DNA of 64,000 nt from assembly GCF_009914755.1 (NCBI RefSeq), contig NC_060939.1. The stretch is one strand, 5' to 3'. Below, piece by piece: positions 42,200-55,967 of this stretch. The notes beneath the pieces were generated by a model, which worked only from the letters and a program-made list of their open reading frames with translations, was not told the DNA's origin and searched no databases. How positions within the stretch are numbered: position 1 is the first letter of the stretch; every line of letters starts with the position of its first letter. The translations under genes were made by a program, and so were the position numbers. This DNA comes from the human T2T-CHM13v2.0 reference genome, Homo sapiens.

Positions 42200-45100
42200 T
42201 TTTTTAAATTTAAAAGCTTTGGGTTTTCTTTAATAATTCAAATATACAGTAAAGTAGGGAGAGTAATATAACCAGTATCCATATGACCAATAGTCAGAAT
42301 TTTAAAATATGAATGTTGTGTTATATTTTCTTCAGGTATTTTTTAATGAAAAAAATTGAGATGTCTTATATCTCTCTTTCTCATCCCAGAGGCAATCGCT
42401 CTATTGAAATTTGTTTTCATTGTTATTGTCCTTTTTACAAATACCTCTATACTTTCCCACAATCCACACACAGTATTGTTTTACATGTTTTGTAAATGTG
42501 CATAAATGACATGTCCTTGGTGTCAATTCAGATTTCCTTTTGGGTCAGTACTTTTGTGAAATTCATACATATCGAGGCTTATAGATCAATTTCATATACT
42601 ATCATTACTGTTAAATCCAGCATCTGCATATACCACCCTTGATTTAGCCATTTTCCGTCTGATGAAAATTGTTTCCAATTGTCACTACTGAAAACACCAC
42701 AACAATGGAAATCCTGATACACATTCTACTGTGTACCCGAGTAAGAAATTCTATTCAGTATGATTCCAGGAGTAAAAAGTTGGGGTCCTAGGATATGTGT
42801 ATCTTCATCTTCACGTGTATTAATGAGTTGCTTTAAAAAGTGTCTGTAACAAACGTCCTAGCCCCTCTAGAGTGTATGTGACAGATCCCATTATCCCACA
42901 TCCTCACCAACATTTGGTGTTAGTGGATGTTACATTCAATAGAAACAAACTCTGGTTGATTCAAGGAGGGAAAAAAATATGTAAAGGACTTTGGAAGATT
43001 TATAGAACCATTACACAGGGGGACTGAGGCACTAGATTTAGCGCTACACAGTCAGGTATGACATGCAAAATCCAGTCCAGTGAGGATACCAATACTAGGC
43101 TGCCATCAACTCCAGATCACTGCCGCTATACCACCGACACTCTCAACAGTGCATGTCCTGTTCGTGACCTTGCTGTGGGTCCAGCACCATCATTACCCCT
43201 TGGAAGAGTTATTCACAGTCAGCAGCCTCTGACTGGTGCAGTCCAGGTCACATGCCCATGCCCTAAGCTTCAAGAGAAGCTGGAACCACTAGCATCTGGC
43301 ATTTCAGCTTTTTAGAAGAAGGCTGGTTTTATCTCCAAGCGAGGGAATTCCCCAATCATAAGAAGTGGGTTTAGATGCTACGTGGACAAGTTTGACAAAT
43401 ATCCACTATAATGACACTCTGATGAGCATGAAAAAAAATATGCTGCTCTTGGTTTAGTTTGCATTTTCTTATTATTATGGAGGTTAAACATCTTTTTTCA
43501 AATTTTTGTTGGCCATTTGGGTTTCCTCTTCTAGATATCATTTCTCATATATTTTGTCCATATTTTTTACTGAATTTTTTGCTATTTCATATTGATTTGT
43601 AGTTGCTTGTATATTTTCGGTAATTATCTTTTGTCAGTTATATAGGTAGCAATTATATTCTTTTGTTGTGTGGCTTGTATTCTCACTCTATTTTACAGCA
43701 TTTTCTGTTGTGCGGAAGATTTGAATTTTAATATTGCTGAATTTATCAATTCTTGCCTTTAAGATTTGCACTTTTTGGTCCTGCTCAAGAAGTTGTTTCA
43801 TACATCAAAATCTGAAAGGCATTCTCCTATATTGTCTCTAACAATTTTATAAAAGTTTTGATTTTTAAATTTAGGTCTTTATCTGGAATTTATTTGTGCA
43901 GATGGGATAAGATGGGGATTTAAATTTGTGCATATATATTTTTCCCCACATACAGTCAATTTCTTTTCCCCTAATGATTTGGAAAACCTCAGTTAACACT
44001 GTGCTACTAAATTTCTTTTTGTCAGCTTGTAAAGCCTCTATTGCAGAGCTATGCTACCAAATATGATAGGTAGCCATGAGTCACATGTGGCTATTTAATC
44101 TTAAATTAATTAATATTAAATAATATCAAACATTTTATTTTTTAGATACACAAGCCACATTTCAAGTTCTTAGTAGCCCCATGTAGGCAATGGTTTCCAT
44201 ACTGGACATCTTTACATATGAGATTGAGAATTCTTGTCATTGCAAAAAGTTCTACTCAATGATTCTATAGTATTAGCCACTTTGCTCAACTCTGGTCTTA
44301 TTATAAACTTAAAAATATTGCCATGGCTTTGTAAGTATTGATACTAGATAGGGAAAATCCTTTTTACAAGTCCCTCTTCCTTATTAGACTTCAAAATTGG
44401 CTTAGTTACCCCTAAACATATATACTTCAAAATGAATTTTACAATCAATTTGTAATGTTCTGTGAAAAGTACTATATAAATGTTTTAAATAATTTTATTG
44501 AATTCATAGATTGTGATCCGATGAAGTCACATATTTATGATATTAGGCCTTCCCATTCATGACCATGGTATATTTCTGGGTTTACTCGGGCTTTTATGCC
44601 CTTTTAATAAAGTTTTATAATTTTCTCCATATTTTTCTCTGCATATATTTTATGATGTTTACTCCTTGTTATCTTATAGTTCTTGTGGTTGTTATGAATT
44701 TATTTTTTAAATAAAATACATTATCTAATTGGTGTAGAATTCTTTACTGTTTGATCTTATATCCATCACTTTTATACCTACTCTAATTTTTCAGTAGATT
44801 CTCATATTTTCATACAATCATTTGAGATATCTGTAAATAATACAATTTTTCTTTCTAACCCTTATATCTCGTTTCTTTATTTTGTCTTTGAGCATTGGCC
44901 ATGCCCTTCAGTATATATTGCATAGTAACAGTAAGGAAAGAACACCCTGGAATTTATCTCTGAGTTTAATGGGCTCACTTCTAAGTACCATTAGTAAATA
45001 TATTTTAGACAGACACTCTTTATCATGTTAAAGAAGATTCCTTTCTTTCTTAGTGTGCTATGATATATTTTAGTCATCAATAGATTTTCAAATTTCTTAA

Positions 45101-45350
45101 AAACTCTATTTCAGCACCCCTTGAGACAACTGTGTGATATTTCAAATTCAAATCTGTAATATGGTTAATTAGATTATTAGTTTCCATTGCTAAGCCAACT
45201 TTGGACCCTTAGGAAAAACCTGATTTTTATTTCATTTTTTATATTTTCAAAATTATTTGTGACTGTATTTAAGACTTTTTCATCTGGGTTCTTGAATGAG
45301 ATTGGGTAATAACTTTCTTATACTATCGTTGTCAGATTTTCGCTCTCTAA
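42200..45350 (-). mobile_element. Old L1M element (antisense) interrupted by an MLT1-like LTR (~42940-43410) and MER3; the young L1PA lies at its right end
   Basis: T-rich strand with L1 motifs (CCCACATCCTCACCAACATTTGG; TTGGCCATTTGGGTTTCCTCTT; CTTCCCATTCATGACCATGG). Confidence 0.65.
44044..44268 (-). mobile_element. MER3-type hAT-Charlie MITE
   Basis: GTAGCCATGAGTCACATGTGGCTATTTAA...CAAGCCACATTTCAAG...TAGTAGCCCCATGT. Confidence 0.75.
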
Positions 45351-45376
45351 AAATGTTAAAAATTATTTGGGAGTTT

Positions 45377-46142
45377 AAAGTAGATTTTTCCAATTCTGTG
45401 AAGAAAGTCATTGGTAGCTTGATGGGGATGGCATTGAATCTATAAATTACCTTGGGCAATATGGCCATTTTCATGATATTGATTCTTCCTACCCATGAGC
45501 ATGGAATGTTCTTCCATTTGTTTGTATCCTCTTTTATTTCATTCAGCAGTAGTTTGTAGTTCATTGCAGAAGTCAGTGTGGCGATTCCTCAGGGATCTAG
45601 AACTAGAAATACCATTTGACCCAGCCATCCCATTACTGGGTATATACCCAAAGGACTATAAATCATGCTGCTATAAAGACACATGCACAAGTATGTTTAT
45701 TGCGGCACTATTCACAATAGCAAAGACTTGGAACCAACCCAAATGTCCAACAATGATAGACTGGATTAAGAAAATGTGGCACATATACACCATGGAATAC
45801 TATGCAGCCATAAAAAAGCATGAGTTCATGTCCTTTGTAGGGACATGGATGAAGCTGGAAACCATCATTCTCAGCAAACTATCACAAGGACAAAAAACCA
45901 AACACTGCATGTTCTCACTCATAGGTGGGAATTGAACAATGAGAACACATGGACACAGGAAGGGGAACATCACACACTGGGACCTGTTGTGAGTGGGGGG
46001 AGGGGGGAGGGATAGCATTAGGAGATATAACTAATGTTAAATGATGAGTTAATGGGTGCAGCACACCAACATGACACATGTATACATAAGTAACTAACCT
46101 GCATGTTGTGTACATGTACCCTAAAACTTAAAGTGTAATAAA
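45377..46142 (+). mobile_element. 5'-truncated, 5'-inverted young L1PA (L1PA3-5-like): antisense ORF2 piece (~45377-45562) joined to sense 3' end (~45563-46142)
   Basis: Minus ORF ...[23 protein letters not shown]... abuts plus ORF ...[22 protein letters not shown]...; 19-bp TSD AAAAATTATTTGGGAGTTT at 45358-45376 and 46143-46161. Confidence 0.94.
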
Positions 46143-46829
46143 AAAAATTATTTGGGAGTTTTCCTCCTTTTTTCACCCAAAGATATTTGGATGATATGAG
46201 AATTATCTCTTCCTTGATAATCTTTGATGATTATTTGTTCATGTCAGATTTTCTTTTGTCCTCTAGAGAGTACATTTTGAAAACTCAAATCAATTTTTCA
46301 AAGATGAGGTAGTTTGTCCATAAGTTTGTAGACCAAGGAGACACAGTTTGTATTACCTATGCCTAAACAGACACAGATGGAAACACTAGAAAGAGGGAAC
46401 TAAGTAAAGGAGCAAGGTAGGAGTAGAATTTGGGAACGAAACCCACCAGTCAAGAGATTGGCCTTTGCAGAGAGGGTGCCTCTCTGGGCAAAGAGAAGGA
46501 CATCAGCTGACCCAGCCCTCAGCTAGCTAGGTCAGGTCTTCTTTGGAGTATGGGAAAGAGAATAGGGAATGATCAGAGAAAGAAGGATCTAGGATTTGCA
46601 GATATATAAAGGGTTTAAAGTAAATTCTAGCAAGAAAAAGCATCAAGGCCCAATTTAGGTCAAACAGCCACACCTATGAAAGCTCCGAATCGCTCTTTCC
46701 TAGATACGGCAGGATTCTGTGATTTCAGAACTAAATGACAGAAGTTTTGAAAAATGTTTTAAAGGCCAAATATTTGAAATCCCCAAATTCCAGTAGCCTT
46801 ATGTGTCAAAAGTAGAAACTACTCTGATA

Positions 46830-47072
46830 TAGCAGCTTGATGTAGGGCCAAATAAGATATAGAAATGAGTGCAAACCCCAACTTTGTCACTCCCTAGCTG
46901 GGCAACCTTGGGCTAATCAATTAACCTCTTTGGATCTTAGTTTCTTCATAAATGAAGTATAGTAACCACTTTATCAGGCTATAGAGAGAACTAAATGAGT
47001 GAACATATGCAAGGTATTTAGCTGTTGTCAGGTACAAGGTAAGCACTGAATAAATGGCTCTCATTATTATTA
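46830..47072 (+). mobile_element. MIR SINE
   Basis: CTAGCTGGGCAACCTTGGGC...TTAACCTCTTTGGATCTTAGTTTCTTCAT. Confidence 0.7.
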
Positions 47073-50000
47073 TAAGTCAGGGTTTAAGCCACCTGTATTT
47101 TCCCTCTGAGCCCTAATTTGTATATGAAACAGGTGTCCTGATAAGGTTCAAGAGGAACAGTGAGTAATTCAATGTTTTTGCAGTTTTGCCCGTTGAGTAA
47201 AACTTGGAAAGCTTCATTTCCCCAGGAGACTCACGGGAGCCTGCTGGATCTTGCCAATGGTTAAAGGGCTGTCACAAGAAGGAAGGAGAACATTGATTCT
47301 CAGTGGCTGGAATGGATGAATAACAGCTTCAGGGAAGCAGACAGAGCTCCATACATCCTTCTGCTATGTGGGCCTGTTTCCTGGACTCCCATCCCTGCTT
47401 TTGCATTGTCCCCAGGGCTTTCATTCTTGTCTTTCTTCTCCAGGGTCACAGTGAACTCTTCTGGAGCTTCTCAGCCTGACCTTGGGGCTGACCACAGAAT
47501 GGGATGAGGTAGCTTCAGTTCTCTACTTCTTGATTTTCCTCAAAGACATGGCTATGAATCCTTTCTTTTTTAAGAGTTCAATAAATAATTTCAGAAATTT
47601 ACAGGGGAAGAGAATAAGTTCCTGGAATCGTATAAATTTGGTAGAGACCTGGCCCTTTATCTGTTAAGTCCTGACTTTCTATGAAAGATGGTAACTAGTG
47701 GCCATGCTGGCTTCCTATTCACTACTTTTATTCCTGAGAATAGATTTTATGAGATCATCTGCTTCTTCCTCCATGAAAAGCCATCTTCCTAGATAGTAAG
47801 CTTTAAAAGGCCATCAGGGAAGAGCAATGTATGTCCTCTTGTGTTTAGGTGGATAATTTGCCTTGCTGAGCCCTCCAAGCTGAATCACCACTTCTCTCTG
47901 GCCCTCTGCACTTTTTGAGCATTTTCTCAGACCTCCCTGGCATGTTAAAGAGTCCTCCTTGCCAGTTTTCTTGAGAAATGAAGAAGCAATGAGCCACCCA
48001 TATGGAGTTAGACTGAAATTTTTTTCAGGGTTGAAATAAAGGGAATTCAAATGAAGAAAGACTGCTGACTGCTCATGTTCCTAAGCCATAGGGCTCTATC
48101 CCAGCCCTCTACCCAATAGGGTATAGAGGAGCTAGAGAAAGTCTCCCCTGAAAACACACAGCAGCCATCCAGTTTCATCAAGGGCCCTGCACAGGCATAT
48201 CATCAAATAATTAGAAACATTGCTTTTCTGCATAAAATTGTATTCTTGACAGGAAAGTGTTGGGGTCTCCAGTGCTAAAGTCTCACCTCCTAGGCTTTGT
48301 CACCATGGATCTGACTGCTTTGGTGGGAATGTGGGGTCGCACCAAACTGCTTTCTCAGAGAAGTGTAAATTGGACCCAGTCATGGGCCTTGGGCTCTTGC
48401 ATCTCAAAGGATAGTTTGAGTTTGCCCTTGAGCTCAGAATGTCTTCTTGGTTTTAAACTAAACTTGTTTTGGATCTTCAATCTCGATTCCTCACTGTCTA
48501 GGAATACTGTTTTCTACATTCTTTGGGTCTGACCCCAAAAGTTCAGGAATGCCTGCCTTTTGACATATTCACTTGGACAACTACCTCATGGGCACAGGGT
48601 CTGAGGCAAATCTAGTCTTCCTTATAGAAGACAAACATGTCTACGTTACTTCTGGTGAAACGCCAGCCTTGCTCCCTTCAGGGTTACTTTTGAAAGAGGT
48701 ATAAATCACCCAGATCTATAGAAAATGTCTGTAGTTCTGAACATCCCTAGCTGGTCCTATATTTTAACTACCAAAAACAATCTCAATTGTCCCTTGGGAG
48801 ATGTAGCTTCTCGACTAATGGGCAATGAATGAAGCAGTCCTTGCATATGGTGTCTGGCAAATGTATCTAGAAAGATATGCCCCCCCATTTGGAAAACACC
48901 CATCCACAATGAAGTGAGAAATAAAAATAAAGGGCATCTTATAAAATGATTACCTTGTCATTTAAGTCAGCAGCGGTGATGCCACGATAGAAACCAGCAG
49001 TTGTGCCACATTGTTTTATCACTCTAATTACATCAAGAACACACTAACTGTCTGGTAGAGATAAGATTAAGGGAAGCAGAGCCCTTATGAAATTTCCAAT
49101 AGACAGCACCTGGATTTATGGACTGGTTTTGTGTTTGGACATTAAGTTCAATTACTTTTCTTTAGCTCTGAAGAGTTCTGTCGCCAAAGAAATATCAGCT
49201 GGTTGATCCTTCATCACCCAGCCCAGCACCCACCCTCTCATCAGGCCGGTGCTCATCTGCCCAGACAAGGCAGGGTCTCCCTCTAGGGAACAGAGACTGT
49301 TTGTTTTCCTTTCCTCTGCCGCCTCCTCCTTTTTTTTTTTTTTTTTTCTCCTATCTTCCTGGAGTCTGAGCAGAAGAGTCACAGCCCTTCTTGCTGACTG
49401 AGAGGCTCAGGATCAAAGGATAATGAAATCATGAATGTCAGTGATAAAAGGGCTCTTTGAGATCATCTAATCTGGCCTCTTCACTCTACACTGGTGGAGA
49501 CTAAGATTCATAGGTGATTGCCCAAATCCCACGGCTGGAGCTGCAACCAGAACTTAGGTTTCTAGGCTCCTGCAGAAATATTAAATTCACTTTTGTCTCT
49601 CACACCAAACCTCTGCCCTTCCTTGGCTCATCCCCTGTGTGGGTTCAGCCACCCCTGCCCCAGAATCTGTGCCTGCCTTTAAAAGCTGATAACAACAGGT
49701 GAAAAGGGAAGTATAGGTCTTGAACTTCCATTCTCTGCTTCCTTTACCTCCTCCATGTGGCTTTCTCAGTTCCTCTCTTCTCCTCCTTTTACTTCCTCTG
49801 AGATGAAGGGAAAGATGGAAAATTTTGGCTGCTGTGGCTCCTTCCTCTCTCCCTCCCTTTCTTCCTTTTTGCTGAAGTTGGAGAGACCAAAAATAATTTG
49901 GGAACAGCCCAGGTAGCCAAACACAGATCTTCTCCAATCAGACTGCACAACTGAATCAGCCTGACAACTTTTAAAATCACAGATTCTTGGGTCCCTCCTC

Positions 50001-51029
50001 GGTCTACTAATAAGAAATCACTGGGAATTAATGTATATGTAGTTTGTTTCCTATGAGCCTCTTGTGTGGCCAGCCCAACACCAGTGAATTGATCACAGTT
50101 TGGAAATTGTGGAGACTGGAGTGTATAATATAGAAGTTGGCAATAAAAAAAAATCCCAGCTGCAGCTCATGTGCTTCATTGTGGCCATGAACAAGTAACT
50201 TAACCTTCCTGAGACTTAGTTACTCTATGGGAAAAATGGGCTTTTGGGCAAGGATAAATCACAATATGTATACATACTTATGTACACATAATTGTTACAT
50301 AATATGTATACAATAGTCTTACCTGTGCTATACCACACATAACAATACATGGCCAACAAATGGCAGCTGTTTGTATCCAGGACACTCTAGATCTTCCGGT
50401 TACCACCCCATAGCTAAGTCCCTCCCAGGATGTCTCCTTCCTGTCCTCTTTGTGTAGGCCCTGGGTATTGAAGGACCATCTTCCAGTGTCTGTTGTCAGT
50501 GAAAATCATAAATCAGTAAGATAACGGTGTTTCTGACCTTGAAAGCAGAATCCTTGTGACTTGCCTGTGAAGTATGTTCAATTTCTTGTTCTAGTCCGTA
50601 AACACATGAGCTAATATATACAAACAAGATCCTGGACATTGTGGCTGGATTCTACCCTTACCCGGTCCTGGACTGGGATACCCCCAAAGGGGTTTTATTC
50701 ATTTGGAAAGCCAGGCAAATAGAAAAGGGATCTAAAAGGAAGAAAAATCCTTAGTTCCAACAGGAGAACCACTATAGGAGCCTCTGCGACCTCTCAGTGA
50801 TTTAGATCTTCTGCTTTTTCTTTCCTTTCCCTACCAGCCATTCAATGTGTAATATATAAAAGGGGCCTCTATTGTTTATGATTCTTTCCTTCTTAACTCA
50901 TTGCAATTTGCCTCTGCAATGCATTAAGGTCACCAATGACCTTCTAGTCACAAATTCAATAGCTTTACTATGATTTCATGGATATAAATTTGTTTCCTAA
51001 GAGATAGCACATTTTTTTCCCTAAATTAA

Positions 51030-51225
51030 TTTAACAAACACTTATATAGGGCTTACAATGTGTCAGGCAATGTTCTGAGTACTTTTCAAATATGAATTTA
51101 TTTGTTTTATACCACAACCCTATGAGACAGTCTCTTTTTATGGAGGACACCGAAGTGCAGAGAGATTAGGTAACTTGCCCAAGGTTATATAGCTAGTAAA
51201 GTGGCAGAGCTGGAATTTAATCCGA
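51030..51225 (-). mobile_element. MIR SINE
   Basis: ATGTGTCAGGCAATGTTCTGAG...CACAACCCTATGAG...GTAACTTGCCCAAGGT..AGCTAGTAAAGTGGCAGAGC. Confidence 0.75.
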
Positions 51226-51709
51226 TATTAAATGGTGTCGTATTGACTCTCAGAGCAAAGCCAACTCTGAACCCACACTTGATAAGGCTGGAGAGACTAG
51301 CCAGCTAACTATAAAGTTGTTGAACTTTTTCTTCCTGAGCTCAGGTATCTCTAAGAAGTGAGAAAGAAGCCCAATTCTTGCTCCATGGTGGTCACTGACA
51401 TTATATTTGCTTCCTCTGCTGCACAATGCCATTGTCAACACTACTCCTCCCCCATATACGAGGTTGTCAGTCAGTCCTATTTTGAGCAGGCTTCAAAGGT
51501 GACCTCCACAAATCTCTTCTCTACTGACCACAAAAGAATCCCTTTGCAGGATTCAAGTCTACAGCATGTGGTGTAGAGTCTGCACAAGCATCTCAGAAGC
51601 ATACCGCATCTCTAGTGCTGTAGATGAGCGGAGATTGGGTAACTGCCACTCACAGAATCTCCTCCTCCTCTGTCCCTTCAACCATAAGGAATCAAAGTCT
51701 CCCAAGTAA

Positions 51710-52051
<342 letters not shown>

Positions 52052-52052
52052 G

Positions 52053-52151
52053 TAGAGTGATCAACTCATCCCAGTTTACCCAGTGCTTTTCTGGCTTTAA
52101 TCCTGAAAGTCCTGCATTTTAGGAACCCCCTCAGTTCTGGGGAAACTGGGA
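52053..52151. mobile_element. MER81-like hAT-Blackjack MITE
   Basis: TAGAGTGATCAACTCATCCCAGTTTACC...CTGAAAGTCCTGC...CCCCTCAGTTCTGGGGAAACTGGGA matches recalled MER81. Confidence 0.65.
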
Positions 52152-52249
52152 TAAGCATTAATTAAAAATGCAAATTCAGAACTCTACCCCAGATCTCCTA
52201 AATATAAAGTCTGGTAATTATTACTGTAGTGGACTGTTTTTTTAGGGGT

Positions 52250-52450
52250 TTAGCCTGACATGTCTGGATTCTCATTCAAACTACCAGTGACCATCTGTAT
52301 GACTTGGAGCCTATTAATCTCTTTAAGCTTTAGTCTCCTATCTGAAAGATAATAAAATGTCATAGTATTGTCATGAGGAATAATATTATGACATGGATAA
52401 AGAGCTTACACATAGTACTTGGAAAATTACAGGGAATCAATAAATATTAC
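52250..52450 (+). mobile_element. MIR SINE
   Basis: CTGTATGACTTGGAGC...TAATCTCTTTAAGCTTTAGTCTCCTATCTGAAA. Confidence 0.6.
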
Positions 52451-53029
52451 TCACATATCCATATAACCCATAGACATATTTCTCCTTCATTTGAGGCAGT
52501 ATCAAGTTTCCATATAGCTGTGTATTAAATGAAATTTAAACACTCTGGAATCATCAAGGCGCAGGTGGTCTCCATAGATTCTTCCGAAACGCCTCACCAA
52601 AAAGCAATTTATTAGAACAGCACGCTATGTGCATTTTTTGTTGGCTTTTCTCAGTATCTGTCCTATGGTGCCATGCACTCTTTAAAGAAAAAAATCTAAG
52701 TAGAATTGAAACTCCTGGTCAACAGGAATCACCAAAGAGAAAGAATCTGTACTTCAAATACTAAACAATTGTAGACATAGAGAATGAGAGTACTCAGCTA
52801 TTAGTATGTCAGTTCTGTCATCAAAAGAATTTTTAAAAGAAGAAGTTAAACACAGAATAGTCTAAGAGATCAATCAATGAGTGAGAAAGAAATAACGGAA
52901 AGAAGAAAGAGGAGGATGAATAGTAGGATGAGGAGGATTCAGGTGAGAATCAGAAAACATTATCCTGGGTAAAGGCTTCCTCACTGAGGTAGTAAGAACG
53001 ATATCTGTAATGAACGCCAGAGCTACATT

Positions 53030-53246
53030 TGTGTTGTTTTGTTTTGAAACAGAGTCTAGCTCTGTTGCCCAGGCTGGAGTGCAGTGACGTGATCATAGCT
53101 CACTGAAGGCTTGAATTTCTAGGCTGAAGCGATCCTCCTGTCTTGCTATGTTGCCCAGGTTGGTCTCAAATTCCTGGCCTCAAGCGATCCTCCCTCCTCA
53201 GCCTCCCAAAGCACTGGGATTACTGACGTCAGCCACTGTGCCAGCC
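53030..53246 (-). mobile_element. AluJ-type SINE (antisense) with a central deletion removing the linker
   Basis: GATCATAGCTCACTG...GCGATCCTCCTG joined directly to TCTTGCTATGTTGCCCAGG. Confidence 0.88.
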
Positions 53247-53979
53247 CCAGAGATACATTTTAAGTATATTTGTACATTGCACATTGTTTGCTGTCCGTAT
53301 TTCTTGTATATAACTATAACTGTTAACTGTTAATACATTTTTCTGATTCATACCATATCATAGAGATTTTCTCAATTACTCTTCATGTTGTTATAAAGGC
53401 CATAGTTAAAATAATTGCTTTCTAAAAAATCACATTATGTATGTTTCTATTTATTCACTCTTCTCACACTGTTATTTATATACAGAGCTATGACCAACTT
53501 GGGAAAATCCTTGAAGGCAAGGTTTCATTTGCTTTTGTGCTTCCTGAGCTCAGCACAGGCTTTGGCATGTAGTAGGTACTTAATAATCCTAATGTATTCG
53601 ATTTACTTGAGTTGAAAAGGAAGTCTGAATATTCTCTTCTAGTACCCAGAGTTGACAGACGGGTGCAGTGGGGAGGGGGTGATCTCATTTGCAATGGACG
53701 ATCTGAACAGTCACCCCTTTCAGAAGATGCCAGAAAGACAAGAGAGATCGAAAACATTGACTGAAGGTAAATGTAAGTCCTCTGTGCAATTCTAACTGTG
53801 TGATTCAGGCATTCTTAGAACGTACACCCTCACACTGAAAAAAACAAATTAGATGACCTTTACTAAATGTGAGTTTGTAGTGTGCAGCCTTTCTGTCAGT
53901 TAATTTCTTGAACACACCATCTTCATTCATTATTTTAAAAGTCACAGAACTGAAATTCCCATGAATCTCAGAGAAAATG

Positions 53980-54150
53980 TGTGACTCTTACTAGTTTTGC
54001 AACTCTAGGCAAGTTTGGTGGTGTTTTCCTCATCTCCTGAAAAGGGATTATACTTATACCTACTCATGGGGTTATTGTGAGAATCAAGCAATATCAAGAA
54101 TGTAAATATTTTAGCAAATAGCCTGGCCCACAGTGAGTGTTCAAACAATT
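53980..54150 (+). mobile_element. MIR SINE
   Basis: CTAGGCAAGTT...TTTTCCTCATCT...TACCTACTCATGGGTTATTGTGAGAATCAA. Confidence 0.65.
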
Positions 54151-55967
54151 GAAGAAGATGGAGGAGGAGGCTAGAGTGGGGAGGAGAAGGAGAAACTAGT
54201 GTCTAGAAAGATTAAATGAAGCATTTATATCACCCTGTTTGGATCTGGCACATAGTAGGTCCTCAATAAACGTTCGTTTCCTTCCACACCCTGTGGGTGT
54301 TCGGTGAGGTATTGCTGAACTGCTGAATAGTGATCCCTCAATCAATCAATAGCTGAATTAATGAATATTTGACTTGGAATTAAGCAGTTCTATTTTAGAC
54401 AGTTTTCTGAGTAAGCAAGTTCTTTGGTGATTTTTTGACCTTACTATGTGAAACCTCCTCCAGACTGAAGGTTTCCAAATTTCTCTCTTCAAACTTCCCT
54501 GCAAGTTTTTCTATATGACACTTTAGGTTATAAATTTAATAAGTGATGCTGATATCTTGCATTGCCAGGTGATTAGAAGATTCTCTGAATAGACAGTACC
54601 AGTCCCTTTTCAGTGTTGCAGAGTGGGGCAAATATTCAGGAGCAGGGCCAGTCACTTGATAAAGCTCCAGGTGAGCCAAAGCTGAAAGGAATGGACAATC
54701 TTGAGGCTGGATATAATCCATGCAAGTGATGTTCAGAAAGCAAGCCTGAAGATGAAGGTGGCCACGTTCTGCCCACATGCAGCCTAAAAAGGAAGGTCCT
54801 TCCCAAATCCCTGCCCACCTTCCTTCTTCCCTGTATTCAATGAATATTTATTCCTGATATGCATGGCCCTCAGGATACAGTAGTGATAAGACATAGCTCC
54901 TGTCCTCATGCAGATCTCTAGTCTAGCTGTGCCTGCATCCTCAAGCCAAATGTATCTGTCACTGCCTCTAAACTCAGCTCTGAGCAGATGCTGTTCAGCT
55001 CATCTTCATGTCTTTTAAAAACATCTTTATATTTTGAAATAATTTTAGATTGACAGAAGCACTACAAAAACACTGCAAATAATTGACGTATACTTTTCAC
55101 TCAAATTCCCCCAATTTTAAAATTTTACTACCGTGGCTTTATCATGTACATACAACATATTCTAAAGCCTTTGGGAGTAATTTGCAGACATGAGGCTCCT
55201 TTACATTTAAGTACTTCTGTATGTATTTTATCAATGCAAAGGCATTCTCTTATATAACCGTCGTACCATTCTCAAAACCAGCGAACTAATGTTAATGGAG
55301 TATTATCTAATTTACAGACCATAGCCAAATTTAGTCAATTATCCCACTAGTGTCCTTTGTAGCAAAAGAAAAAAAAATGGATCCAGAATCCAAACTAGGG
55401 ACCCACATTGCTTTTAGTTGTTATGTCTTTTTAGTCTTCTTTAACCTGAAAGAGTTCCTCGATCTTTCTTTGTCTTTCATGACCTTCATATCTTTAAGAG
55501 CACAGGCCAGTTGTTTGGTAGATAGTCCCTCAATGCAGGGTTGTCTAATGTTTCTTTATGATTTGGTTCAAGTTGTGCATTTTTGGTGAAGTAGCATAGA
55601 AATGATGCTGTGTTCTCAGGACATCATATCAGGAGGCATGTAATAGACTATTGTCCCAGGATTGTGATGTTAACTTTGATCACTTGGCTAAGGTGGTATC
55701 TCTTAGCTGTCTCTACTACGAAGGTATGATTTTTCTTCTTGTAATTTTTAAATGCTTGGTAAAGAGGTACTCTGAGACTATGTAGACATTCTATTTCTCA
55801 TCAAAATTTCACTAATTAAATTTAGCACCCATTAATGAGTCTTGCCTGAAAAAATTATTTCTCTAGGTGGTTGCCAAATGGTAATTTTCTAATTTCATCA
55901 TTCTCTATTTATTACCTGGAATTCTACTGTAAGAAAAGAGCTTTCTGTTCTTCATTATTTATGTATA

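Noticed and set aside
49196-49216. CAGCTGGTTGA resembling the miR-133 complement
   Set aside because: Only 11 nt match, the seed region does not match, and there is no hairpin
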